From Gnetum montanum (Eukaryota > Plantae > Gnetophyta), in the NCBI GenBank assembly GCA_015680685.1, contig MNCI01001481.1, positions 14,395 through 78,394 on the forward strand: a stretch of 64,000 nt of DNA, read 5' to 3'. The translations under genes were made by a program, and so were the position numbers. Positions 24,555 to 37,252 of the stretch are shown here, one piece after another (within the stretch, counting starts at the first letter, position 1; each line of letters opens with the position of its first letter). The notes beneath the pieces are model-generated. The model did not search any database and was not told the origin of the DNA. It saw only the letters and a program-made list of their open reading frames with translations.

Positions 24555-27500
24555 TTATGGAGGAAACCATCTTCCGGAGATGAAGTCTGAATAGAAGCTG
24601 GATTTTCTTGAGACCACATAAAATACTGCAGTGAAAAAACCAAAAACCTTGGTTTACTAGAACAGAACCTTGTAAGATGAACATTTTCCTTGGAAGGCAT
24701 GTATTTAGTTATGCTTACCTGGAATTCCGGGAATTATGTAATCAGGCCTCTGAAGAACGTCTAGAAGCTTCTTCTGCTCATTCACTTTCACCCATTTGGA
24801 AGAATTTTGGGCTAACAGGAAAAGGATAGTTTTGGATTAGTGGCTAAGTACGACTGTTTTTGCATAAATAATAATACAATGGACATGTAAAATAAATCTG
24901 TTTATCCAAGTTATTGGGAACAAGACTACGTTGGTCAAGCTACATGCCAATGTCGTGTATGTTGGTTACAATACAGGTAACTAAGGCTATAGCTACAAAA
25001 AGTATTTAGAAGCACAAATCTATTTTTTAAGAGAACCAATAAGTCAATGGTAAAGTGACTGGCTATCAGGTTGCGAATTCAAGCTTCAAAGCAACATATG
25101 CTTAGATAAAATGTGTCTGGGTCTACCCTAATCATCCAAGTATAATAAGACGACAAATACTCTTGGATGTCTCGCAACCAGTTCATGCCAAAAAGCAATG
25201 ATGTGATAGCGCATGTTAATACCATTGTCTTGCCAAAACGGGATTCTGTAATCCTAGGTACCACATAAAACATGCTCATCACTCATATTACAAAATCGCA
25301 GAACTACTCAGCCCATTCAGAAATCTAAAACTGCTTACCCACTCAAATTTTTGAACATTGAAAGAAATAACTCACATATAATCGTGGATTTGACACCTTC
25401 AAAATGCATATTATCATTTTCACATTTTCTTTGTAATAAATTTTCGTGTGATAATTCATAATCATAATCACTACCATCTTTAAATAATTTTTCAAAAAAT
25501 ATATACATATTTTTTAGAGCATGCATTCGGATTTTGTATCTTCTTAAGGGCGTAGTTTAAAGTGTGTATCTCGAACAGGCCCAAAAGATATACCTTCATG
25601 GACAAATAATTCCATAGCTGTATCTCCATCTGTTTCCTCTTCCTCACCAATCATTCTGGCCACATTTCTAGAAGCACCCTCCAAGAGGTACCTTAAAATC
25701 CTTGTCTTTGATAATGGAGGCCCTGTGCTTGACTGACGCATAACATCATTAAATCAGTACTCAGCCTGAACCGTATACCCAGAAGTGCATGAGTCAATTT
25801 AACAAAAACACAATTATTGATGGCTTGATTTTGTCACGTTTCGAAATTACTAAAACAAAACATTAGTGCGTTTAACTTTGTTTAATTTAATGCAGTTGAC
25901 CTGTAAAATCTTTGTGAAAAGAAGCTATTTTTCTTTACCAGATAATACAACTCTACAGCTTCTCGGGTATAAGAATAGTTTGCATCCCAGGCCAATGGAG
26001 GTGCATCCTCTGAAAACATGTAAATAAGTCAAGGATATAGCAAAAATTCCATTATCAATGTGTTTTGTTGAGCTTAAATAGTTAATGTTTCAAGGAAAAT
26101 AAAATGATTATTGTTTCAAGGATATCATATCAATATGTGATGCAAAAATGTCATTCTCACAGAAATCCTCAATAAAATCGCTGGACATGACCTCTCCATA
26201 AAGCAAAAGAACTGGCCAATGAAGAATAGAACTTTTATCTATCCATGGCTTTCTGACTCCAACAAGTTCTTTGTACCCAGCAGGTCCTATCTTTAAGTTT
26301 CTGCTCTCTAAGGCTGACACAAGAGCCTGCCAAACTCTACAAAATGTTATTCAAAATATACTCAAGGCGAGGAAACATCCGGGAGATTTTATTTGCTCAC
26401 CTCAACTTCAGATAATGCTTTTGATTCCAGACTTTTCTTTTCATCAATTTCATTTTGTTTTGTAATCACTTGTTTCTCTAAATTTTGAAGTTCCAAGTTA
26501 GGCCCACATTGTTCAAGTGCCATTGTACAAAAGGTCCTTGCTTCTTGTAAAAGATCTAAAGCAAAGGCGGCTTTTGCACCTCGGTAATATGCCTATTCAA
26601 CACATATAAAATGCATATCAGAGATTTTTGTCAAGGCTAAAGGCAACAAGATTATTAACATTTATCTTGAAAAAAAAATTTCACAGTATCAAAGAAGGAA
26701 ACAAACAGACATATTTGACCTTCAATAGAGACGATGAACATATTAAGAAACAATAAAATTAGGAACTACAATTGAAGTAAAAACATCAATAAAATGAAAT
26801 CAATATCTCAAAAAATAAAGTACTGTTTCAATGATTTCAGGCAACAAGTATTATCTCCCAACCTTTACATTTTTTGGGTTGTATTTTATTGCTTCCTCAG
26901 CATCAGAAAGTGCACGTCTGTAATTCCCAAGAAGGAGATTAACATGGGCTCTGTTTCCATAGAGTAATGAATTTTCATAATCATTCTGTATCTTTTGATT
27001 AATAGCACGTGTATAGCAGTTAATAGCTTCTGCATAGTGATTCTTTCCTTTCTTCACATACTCGTTCCCCTTCTCCTAGAAACAAAAAGAAAATTCAAGC
27101 ACAATTAGCAAATAAGAAATTGTATATGATCAAAACAAGGAATCCATGGTATATAGCAAATGTTGCATCTGTGTATCAGTACATTCAAGCAGTGTAGAAC
27201 TTCGTAGTTAGCTTAAAACGCATAACAAGTTGAGCATTTACTACACAATAAAGCATAAACCTGTTGAATCACATCTCCTTTTCTCATAAAAAAAGGGAAA
27301 CATTAATATCTTAGAACTAAAAATAGATTCATATTTATACATCTGCTCCGAATCGCTATCTAAAATAGAGTTGGAAAAGCCACGTACCAACATTTTATCA
27401 TGTCAGAATCATGTAAAGAGTACAAGATTTCGCTCTGGTTTGGTCATGGATAAGTCGAACTCCACAAACCAATTAAAAATTTACATTTTCTTTTGTTTCA

Positions 27501-27800
27501 ATACTTTGCACACGTAACATTATGCTTCAAACACGAATAAGAATTCATTCTTTCCAATATCACGTAATACTTTTAAGATCCATTTGTCAGAGGAAAAAAA
27601 AAACAAATGGTCTCGAATTCATCATTACACTGAACAATCGCAAATTAATAAGAACTGCAAAACATTAGAATTAAAACGAATTTGTGATATAGTACCCGCA
27701 GTTCTGTGGCAGCAGCCTCCTTTAAAGCGTTGATAGCTTCCAAATCTTGCAGCTCGTGCTCCGTGGTAGGGTTAGTTCCTGCTTCCATCCATAACGCCAT
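24555..27800 (-). CDS. TTC4: TPR-domain Hsp70/Hsp90 co-chaperone, TTC4/Cns1 homolog; 8 exons: 27800-27696, 27075-26863, 26592-26401, 26326-26126, 26019-25939, 25732-25594, 24811-24719, 24625-24555 (1095 nt, 364 aa)
   Basis: Exons join in frame from MALWMEAG to ..SGRWFPP*; TPR repeats EKGNEYVK..AINCYTRAI..NRAHVNLLLGNYRRAL..NVKAYYR; C-terminal LHWPVLLLYGEVMSSDFIEDF and YIIPGIPVFYVV motifs typical of the Cns1/TTC4 family; six GT-AG introns and one AT-AC intron. Confidence 0.93.
26020..26125 (-). other. U12-type (minor spliceosome) AT-AC intron, 106 nt
   Basis: Donor ATATCCTT at 26125, branch site TCCTTGAC at 26035-26028, terminal AC at 26021-26020; removal gives in-frame HIDM|MFSEDAPPL. Confidence 0.93.
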
Positions 27801-27963
27801 TTTAACGTTTCCTGATTCTTCCCTCGCCTTCGAAGAAAGCTCGAGTTCAGAATCCGCCTCTTTGCCATACCAAAATTTCAAAACCTATACAAATGTCATA
27901 TGGTAGATGCAGCTATCTCTATATTCTCTAATGAGACTATGAAGAAATTGATTCGACAACAAA

Positions 27964-28036
27964 GGGGATGTAGCTCAGATGGTAGAGCGCTCGCTTAGCA
28001 TGCGAGAGGTACGGGGATCGATACCCCGCATCTCCA
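27964..28036 (+). tRNA. tRNA-Ala (anticodon AGC), nuclear, intronless
   Basis: GGGGATGTAGCTCAGATGG..TTAGCAT..GATCGATACCCCGCATCTCCA forms a full cloverleaf with the G3:U70 pair; CAA motifs upstream. Confidence 0.98.
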
Positions 28037-28059
28037 TCGTTCGAGTACGTAACAAAATA

Positions 28060-28064
28060 TTTTT
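28060..28064 (+). terminator. Likely RNA polymerase III terminator (T5) of tRNA-Ala
   Basis: First run of four or more T downstream of the tRNA. Confidence 0.6.
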
Positions 28065-29899
28065 CAATATTGACTTTAGGGAAAAGGCAATGGAGCGAGA
28101 ACTAAATGAGATTATATATATTTAATTATCTATATAAAGGAAAGAGATCGCGAAAGGCATATAATCAACATAAACATTCACGATATTTTTATTAAACATT
28201 ATTATAGATACCTTTGCAACATATAGCCAAATTAACATATTTTCCTTAGTTATAATTTAACGTATTGCTTACAAAATTAGAAGAATTATAGAGGAAAGTA
28301 ATGATACCTCAAGTGGGATTCAAAGTGACAACCTCTTATCTAACATCTTGAGCCAACTATCACTAGCACAATACTTTTGTTAAACATAACGAGCCATTGT
28401 TCATTTGGTTAGACCATACAACTTGTAGTTTGTAAGTTATTCATTCAATTCTAAGGGGTATGCTATTATGCTAAACCCCAAGATATATAACTCAACGTTG
28501 CCCACTAGAATCAAAACCATGACTTGGAGCTTTTAAATTAAGAGTCTTACCTATATAATATCCTACTTAAATTCAATGAAGGTTTTGTGTTGCCTATGTG
28601 TCTTAGGGTACACATAGTTAAATAGTTTCTATCATAAAACCCTCTCTAAGTGGTGTGTCACCTTTATCTTCTTATTAAGGAGAATTTGCGTGTGTGTGTA
28701 TGTTAGGGGTATGGAAATGGTGTTTTTGATAATCCTCTTATTCTTTTTTTGTCCATCATCCTTAAGCCAGCATCTCCTTCAAAGGTATATCTAACTTAGA
28801 AAGTTGCTTCACAAGGTATGTCCAACTTGGGAAGTCAATTAAAGATCATACACTCTCAACTACCTTAGATATAAATTACATCTAATCTAGTTCAACACTA
28901 GCATTGCGCTTGCCATTAGCACCTTCTTCTTTTACTCTTTCATCTTCCTTGTTTCCAAGCCTTGTTTCATTTCTATTGTTTTCATTTGTTTGTTTTTCAG
29001 TTTTCAAGAATGTATTTGTGTGTTTTTATCAATTGAAAAATAGATATGTATTGTTATGTTATAATACCACTTAAAGTTATATTTAACAATACATTTTTTT
29101 AATTGAAAAGTGTAATGTTATTTCAATTTTTTGTCTTAATTGAAATGTGAGATGTTTTTCTAATTGCATCTTCAATTATTTATGTATTATTCTTAGTGTT
29201 ATCATAAGTTCATGTGAATTGGAAATTATTAGTTTGTTAAGATAGTGTGAGAGTAAGATGCTTCTTGAAAATTTTTAGGAAGGGTATGGTGGGGAGATGA
29301 ATAGCACAAGGTTGGTGCATGTGTTGTTATGGTAGACCCACAAAAACCAGAAAATTTTATAAAAAAACAACAACAATACATCCACATTAAAGATACACTA
29401 ATTCATGAAAAGAAAAAAGAACTAGACAAAGTGTATTATATTGTAACTTCAAAATACCAATAAAAGAACCAAGAGAGAAAGGAAGGGAAAAACAGTTTTT
29501 AGGGTGCTAATACTAGTTTTTACCCTTATTAAGAAAAATTTATTTGACAAGTGTGAATCCAATTTGATGATAAAACATTATTTTCCCTAATGTAATCATA
29601 GTATTGTGACTTATTGGTTAAAGCATCTAGCTTACATTTTACAAGTCACAAATACAATCCTAATAAGCAATGATACATAAGTCATATTCCACAAAGGAAT
29701 CAATGATAGGTAGCTTAAGTAGTTAGCTCATTGTTATGCTAGGCAAGAGGTTGTTAGTTCAAGTTGCACTTGAGGCATTATTGTATTCCTCTATAATTCT
29801 TCTAGAGTATCATGTTGGCTATATGTCCTGGGATATACTTATAGTTATTCATTTGGGTTTCAATAACATCATACATCTCCTAATCCCATCTTTTGTGAT

Positions 29900-32330
29900 A
29901 ATCTCACTAATCCCATCTTTTGGACAATCTCACTTTGGTTCATTACCTAATAAGATATATGTTGAAGACAATTAGAGTCATCAACTTCATATAGGGGTTT
30001 CATATGTTCATGACCACCCTGACAATAGTCAAGAACTACATTCACTTAAGGTAAACAACCTTAGAGGTAATGAAGTAAGTCCTAGACCAAGGAAGGCGAC
30101 TAGAACCTCCTCAACACCTAGAAAAGATAAATTAAGGGACATTGGGGAACACCATAGAAGCCATGGTGATCCTCCTAGTTCCTCATCTTCCGCTTCCTCT
30201 TCCATGTCTAGTTTTAACAAAGATGAATGTAGGCATAGAGATCAAGATCACCATTGGCATCAAAGTAAAAATAAGAATAGGAATCAAAACCATGGAAAAA
30301 TCAAAGATGTCAAATTGAACATAGGCAAAATCATCAAAATAAAACAAATACAAATTTTCATCATGCCATGTTTGATGATGATGAACCATTGCTGGCCACT
30401 AGAAGCCTAATGCAAATCACATAGTTAAGATATCCCATAGGCATCACAAGGAAAGTCGCCTACTTAGGCTTGATATAAACAATTTCCCTAAATTTGTGAG
30501 AGGCTACGATTCGAATCCACAACATCATGTGCAAGCCTTATAAAATGCCTATGCCTTATACAACATTGAAAGTCGATGGCAAAAGCTTAAGCTCTTTCCC
30601 ATGACACTAGTTGATAGAGCCAAAGTGTGGTACAGATTGTTGAAACCAAATGCAATCTGATGGTGGTCCACAATGTTGGAACTCTTTAACAAGAAATACC
30701 AAACCTATGTGAGGGTGTCCAACCTAAGGAGACAAATCCAAGGATGGAAGAAAGAATAACATGAACCCTTGGACATCACCTTAGATACATATTATTCTCT
30801 ATTGAATAGATGCCCATGCCATGGTTTCTCTAAGGGAAGGAAACTTTTCCACATCATAGATGGGCTTTGTAATGAAACAAGGGAAACCCTTGGGATGTAT
30901 GCTCTAGGTTAATTATATGAGCTATGAAGCCATTAGATCTAAGAGCTAATTGATCATGTGGTGAAATAAGAAGGAGAGCTATGAAAATGGGAGAATGTTG
31001 AGAAATATCACTGGGACCCAACTCTTCAAAAGAAGGAGATCCATAGCTATGATAAGGAGAAAGAGGCAACTCTCAATAAGGTGACTCTGCAAGGAACCTT
31101 ATTTATCAATGAACTTGAAGCAAAGTTTGATAGGATGTCATAATGGATATATGAAAAAGTTACAACTTTCGTAGAAACTATAGAGAAGAAGGTAATGCAA
31201 AATGAACTAGGTGATCACAATAAACAAAGGAAGCAGTACCAAGAAATAGGTAGGAACACTCATTGGCAAACAAGGGAAATGGTCAAAGAAAAAGAGGCTA
31301 TAGACTCAACAACAAATGAAGATGATGGATGTGACATTTGCATATATGACCACCCGAAGGACCATTGCCCAGTCATGTCACATCCACATGAGTATTGGGC
31401 TTTTACATTAAATCCTAAGTTCATACAGAAGCACATGCCTAGGAGATTTTCTTTTCCACATGGTAATTAGAGACAGTCCCACAACCAATCGTACTATTTG
31501 AGGGGGACTTATTACCAACCTCAACACTATCATCAACCACAATGGCAAAACCCACAATCATGAGGGAGGCCCTCATCAAACCAGCCCTACCATTACCACT
31601 AGCCGAAACTACATGGATATTATGTTCAACACCTTGTTTCTCTAACTAGTTCTACATCCTCTACTTCAAATTGCTACTATCACTCTCCCAAGTACCATCA
31701 ACCCATGACATCTCCTAAAGGATCACCACCTTGCACCTCTTACCATCCATCTTATCCTTGATATTCTCATACTCCATCTCATCACATGCATTGCTAGCAA
31801 CACTAGGAGGTTTGGCAAACAAATGCCACTTGTGTTGTGAATTTCCATATCCATGCTAATACTAGTAGGTTCCCATCGCAAACTCGGAAATGTTCTTTCT
31901 TTCAGACAGCTCCCAAGTGGAAGTGCAACACTCATGGACCTACCACATCATCCAAACTAGCACAATGCCAATCTAGTGTAACACCTTCCCTTTCATAGCC
32001 AACATCCTTTGCACCTACACAAGGGCCACCATCCATTATTACTCCAACATCCAACTGAAGTAATGAATCTAGCATTGTGAAGAGACAAACAAATCCATGC
32101 ATACCGAATCATGATCACAGGTGTAATCATGGGCTAGCCATCTATAACATGAACACAACTCATCCTCTAACCCATCGTACATTTAACAACCAAGTGTATG
32201 AACAACAACTTGTCTACATAGCCGCCACTAAACCAAGAGACACCTAGTGGCTCAAAAATGAGAGGTTAACACTATTTTATACCTGCATGGAGCCTACCTA
32301 TCCACTAACTAATTCTTGCCATGGCCAAAT
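29900..32330 (+). pseudogene. Retrotransposon gag of element C, many stops
   Basis: ..WQKLKLFPMTLVDRAKVWYRLLKPNAI.. at ~30575-30660; CDICIYDHPKDHC knuckle-like motif at ~31328. Confidence 0.8.
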
Positions 32331-34338
32331 GCTTAGTTGTGGGGGAAAATGCCCCTTCTAACATCCAAAATTAATAGGTGTTTTTCTTCTTTTTGTTTTA
32401 CAAATTTTTTACAATTCTCTTATTTCTTGATACAATATTTCCTATCCTTTTCAACTTTTTCTACATTTTGTTTTCATTTTCTTTGTTAGTGATCTTGCTT
32501 GTGAATAAAACAATCATGTAGCCCATCTAGGTGAGGTTTTCTCTATGTTGACAAATCATGAGGGACTGATTATTCGGATAGTGAGGCCACATTATCCATC
32601 CATCCATTTCATTACCAAGAGGTTCTTACCATAGTCATAATGATATTCCTTTCCATCATCAAACTAACAATAAATTCATAGTCATTGTGCCTAGACAGAA
32701 AAATGTAGAACCAAGGGGGAATGTGAAGGGTGTGACATTAAGGGGATTTTTGGATTCTCTTTTACCACTTTTGTATGTTCTATCCTATTGCTAAGGTTGC
32801 AATTATATCCTTGTATATCTAATGAAAAATGGAATTAATAGTCAAATAAAAAGGGCATTGAATAAATTTTTGAGGGTCTTATGATAAATACATGTACCCA
32901 TGCCTAAAGGTTGGTGGCTTCTTAGAATAATTTTATTAAAAAAAGGAGAAAGAAGTGCCCTTAATACACTCCTCCCTTGAACAAAACACCAAGTGATGCT
33001 ACTCCTTGCAATTATGATAGTCTTATGATTATCAAACGAAGTGATGAAATAATGCAATGTTACTGAATGTGGTTTGGACTTGGTTTGAACCTTGGAAAGA
33101 CAGGCTAATGATTACTTAATTATTAATAATTCACAAGGATTCAATATGCCTCTCGTAAGATACCTCACATCCCAATTTCTACAATCTTTTCTAAAATCTA
33201 TCTCAACTTGCTATCCATATGATTCTAACTTGTGGTTTTGTGTGACATCGAGTTATTTTCTCAAATTGGTGGTTTTAACATGTTTTTTTTGTTTCATAGG
33301 TATTTATTGCATTTAACCCCTTTGGTGGCTATGGACATTTTTAAGTGTGGTTATATAAGGGCATTATGGGCTGAAGCTTACTTTGGGGAGGACCTGCTTG
33401 TGTAATTGTTGTGACTTATACCTGTTTGACACAACCACATAATTTCTCACTTTCCAAGTGCATAAATGTTAAATTTACTGCTTTCCCTTATCATATAATT
33501 GGTCTATTCCATACTATAGGTCTAATACCCCTTTTCTTGCATCTTCCAAAGCTTTTAATGTTAGTGACTCCATCTTCTAACACTTCCTATGCCTAAATAT
33601 GATTTCTTACTTACCCCAAAACTATGGACTTAACCTAAATCTTCCAACCAATCCTAGAGCTTCATTTTTCAAGTTGAGTACTTTCATTAAATGTAGTTTC
33701 AAGGACCCTAATATCAACTACTTGATATTGGGTTAGACTTGACGTTGGATACCCGATATTAGGTCAAAAAAACCCATATATATGACCCCCACAATGCTCC
33801 AAAACCCATTCTTATCATTTGCAACTAGGGGAGTTTTTGAAATTTTTTCTCATGACTAAGAGCTTTGTGCAATCGACTTCCACTTATGATAATTTTCTCC
33901 ATACCATTCTAATTTTTGTATCGTTTGCACCTATTTGAACCTAGAATGTTCAATTTCGTTAGGGGAGGGTGCTTGTGTGAAAAACCTGCATCAATTTTTC
34001 AAAATTTGCTATCACCCAAAAGGTATTCCAAGGGTAGGAATGTTAAAAACCTTAAGTGTCTTAATGAAAAATTAATTGTATTAATGCCAAAAATTTTAAT
34101 TTTTTCACCCAAAGAACCATAACCATCATGACAAGCCATACATAAGGAAAAAGAGACCAATTGCGAAGGGTCATAAAAGAAGAACGATAATTTTTGGGCA
34201 TTTTTGTTTGAAAAGTTTTCTAACTCTGCAATCATATGAGTTAAAGAACTTAATAAAACTAAGGTCATGAGTAAGGTATAAACCTATTAATGATAAATAA
34301 CAACACCTTAGTAACATCAAAACCTTGACTGATTGTAG

Positions 34339-37065
34339 ATGGCCCCAAAAAGAGGAGGACAAGAAGGACCTTTGTAAGAAGCTACTAAACATCTGAGAGG
34401 TGGCAAAGGCCAACAAGGAGAGCAAGCCAAGCATGAGGAACAGGAGGCCCAATCATTTAGCATCCATCAAGAGGCTCTTGTTCCAAGGCAGTCGATCCAA
34501 GGAGAGGTCGTAGAACCACAAGCTCCAGTGCAAGGAAAACACCTCACATTGTCCCTAGAATACCTTTAAGCTATTCAAGAGAAATCCATGTTGACCATGG
34601 TCATCATGGAAATGACCTTTGGTCCACTTATGGCATTTGTTGTTGAGGCAATTCAGATGCAACTCCAAGTGTCACCAGTATGATACATTCTTTCAAATAG
34701 TGGTGAATGGTACCTTGACAAGACATACCAATTTTGGCACAACAAGGAAGAAGGTACTACTATTAACATTGGGGGAGTCACAGTTTCCTTTTTGGTCAAA
34801 GTAATTGTAGAGGCTCTGAATTTGCCCAATGTGGAGGCTAAATTGGTGCATCTATCCATGAGGTTTAATCCTAAAACTAGAAAGTTATGGCTAAAGTGAG
34901 TGTATGAAAAAGACAAAAAGACATATAATGAGTTGATTCTAGAAGAGAGGACCTATTTTAAGATAGGAACCTATCATCTCTTCCCAACCAAAGGGCTCAA
35001 TAGAATCTCAATAGACATGACCATGGGGAGTGCAATACTAATGGGCAAATATATGACTAATCCTCCCTAATTATACTGCATGGAAATTTAGAGGTGGTTC
35101 AAAGAAAAGAAGATAGGAAAGATAACACTTCCATTCTCCTACTTGATCAAAAAGCTATGTAAGCACGCTAGAATCCTGGGATATAGAAATGATATTTATA
35201 GGATGGTTCAGAATGCTTCCTTCACTGAATTGCTCAAACCTGCAACACCACGAAAAGACCGTAGTGAGGAATAAGAACTAGAGAAGGAAGTAGAACAAAA
35301 AAAAAGAAATAGAACAAGAGCTTGAAAAATGTCATGAGCCATAAGTTCCACCACCACTACCACAAGACTATAGGCCTACAATGAGCTATCTATAGAAAAT
35401 AGCTGAAACACTCAGCTAGGGGAGTAGAGATGAATCAAACCTCTTCAAAGTCATCAATGATGCCATGTAGTCCACCATTTCCATTGATCCAATAAGAGGG
35501 AAGATTTTGTTACAATTAGGAGGAGAATACCAATGGTTAAGACAAGTCTCTAGTAACACCACATCCTTTTAGGTGATGCTCAAAACAGGAGAAGGTGCCA
35601 TAGTAGTGGTCATGTAGCATCAAGATGTGACAGGCATAGTAGAGATGATAATAAATCACATCAAAGAATCTATTAATGCCTCCAATGGAGTTAACTATGA
35701 CCATAGATGCCCAAATGCTGGTTAGGACTTCAAGAACTCCTATGGCCCATGAATATGTTCTTGATGAATTATTGCAGATGGAATAATTAATGACAACCCT
35801 TTTTGACATCCCCAGTGATGTTACTATAGTGCAATTAGACCTCATTACCACCAAAGGAAAGTTGGCCATGGCTAAGACCAGGGCGAAACATGTAGAAGTA
35901 GAAGTGCATTGCTTGCAACAAGAGTTGCCTACCTTGAGAGCTAAAAGATGGGACCCTACCTGGTTTGTTGCACTTGACTAGCTAGACTAATTTCAAATAG
36001 AGCAACTGAAAAAATTGATTGAAGAGAATAAAGCTACTAAGAAAGAAAAGGAGAAGGTGGTCTGGAATGCCTCAATTGCTAAAGCTTAGGTATATGTCCA
36101 TAGGAAGACATTGGCCACCATATAAGAAGAAAATAAACAGCTTTCTGTAGATAACACAAGGTTGACCACTATAAAAAAAATAGAAGAACATCTTGGAAGA
36201 AAGCGTCCACCAGTTGAGAGAACAACTAGTGAGGGTCAACCAAGACATCAACAAATTGGCCAAAGAGAATCAAACCCTCTCAATAGAGGAGGTTTGTGCA
36301 ATCCATCAAAAGTCTTTAATCAAGATAAGAACATGGAAAAATGAGGCCAAAAAACATAAGAAGATGAAAGAGCACTTCTGGGACTAGGTTAGCATGTATA
36401 AGAAGATTAATGAAAAGGAAATCTAGATGGCAAAAGCCTGCATTAGATCCATGTCAGTGCAAAATCCTGATTGGTAGTCCATCCTAGATAGTTATGCACT
36501 AGTCCACCAAGTAGAACTAAAGAATAAAGACCTATAGATTAAAAACTTAAAGGAATACATGGTATTAGCTAACCTTCAATATGCCAACCTTGCCATGTTA
36601 ATAGTAGGTTGGCCTAGAAATTAATTAGAGTAGCAAGTAGAGGCCAACTATGCATTATATGAAAAAGAGTTTGCAGATAGAACAAATGCTTTATAGAAAC
36701 TCCATGTAGCAAACTCAGAATTGGAGATGTTTAAGGTTGGCTACCATGAATAGAAATATGTAGCCTCAAACTTGGCCAAAATATTAACAAATCACTATGA
36801 ATTGAAGGAAAAGATAATGGCCTTTGAGGAGGGACAATGGTAGTTTGTGGCCTGGTATGTAAAAGCCAACAAAATGTTTCCATAGTTGCCATGTCCATGG
36901 GCTATACTGGCTTTAGCGCACATCAGTTCAATAGCCTAGACTATACATGATCCAAGAATAGGGGAAGAAAAGTTGCAAGCACTCTTAAACCACTACAAAG
37001 TCTAAAAGCCTAGTAACAAAGGAAAGCGGCCAATGGAAGAGCCACCACCTTTGGGAACTACATGA
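34339..37065 (+). pseudogene. ORF2 / env-like protein of element C, many stops
   Basis: ATGGCCCCAAAA start; colinear with 730-3516 (YHLFPTKGL, LPFSYLIKKLC, NLQYANLAML, AWYVKAN). Confidence 0.8.
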
Positions 37066-37252
37066 GCTTTCCTAATTTTGTGTTTGGTAATGTTATGTCC
37101 AAATTTTTGTAAACACCACTATGGCATGTAAGAGTCAATTTGTGTACTTAGTCAAGTGAGCTAATAATCCCATACCTCCCCAATCTTTTGTAAAGGACTT
37201 ATTCCTCATTTTGTTTAACTCGAGGACAAGTTTTCATTTAGTTGTGAGGGTA

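Noticed and set aside
23914-25526. Short ORFs in and behind the TTC4 gene (23914-24126, 24419-24700, 25079-25282, 25335-25526)
   Set aside because: Intronic, 3'-flanking or out-of-frame readings; the spliced model is complete without them
27801-27881. N-terminal extension of TTC4 suggested by ORF 27645-27881
   Set aside because: The ORF track begins at a non-ATG codon; the first ATG (27800, MALWME) fits the family N-terminus
28670-29560. Possible MULE/MITE terminal inverted repeats
   Set aside because: No convincing paired TIRs or TSD found
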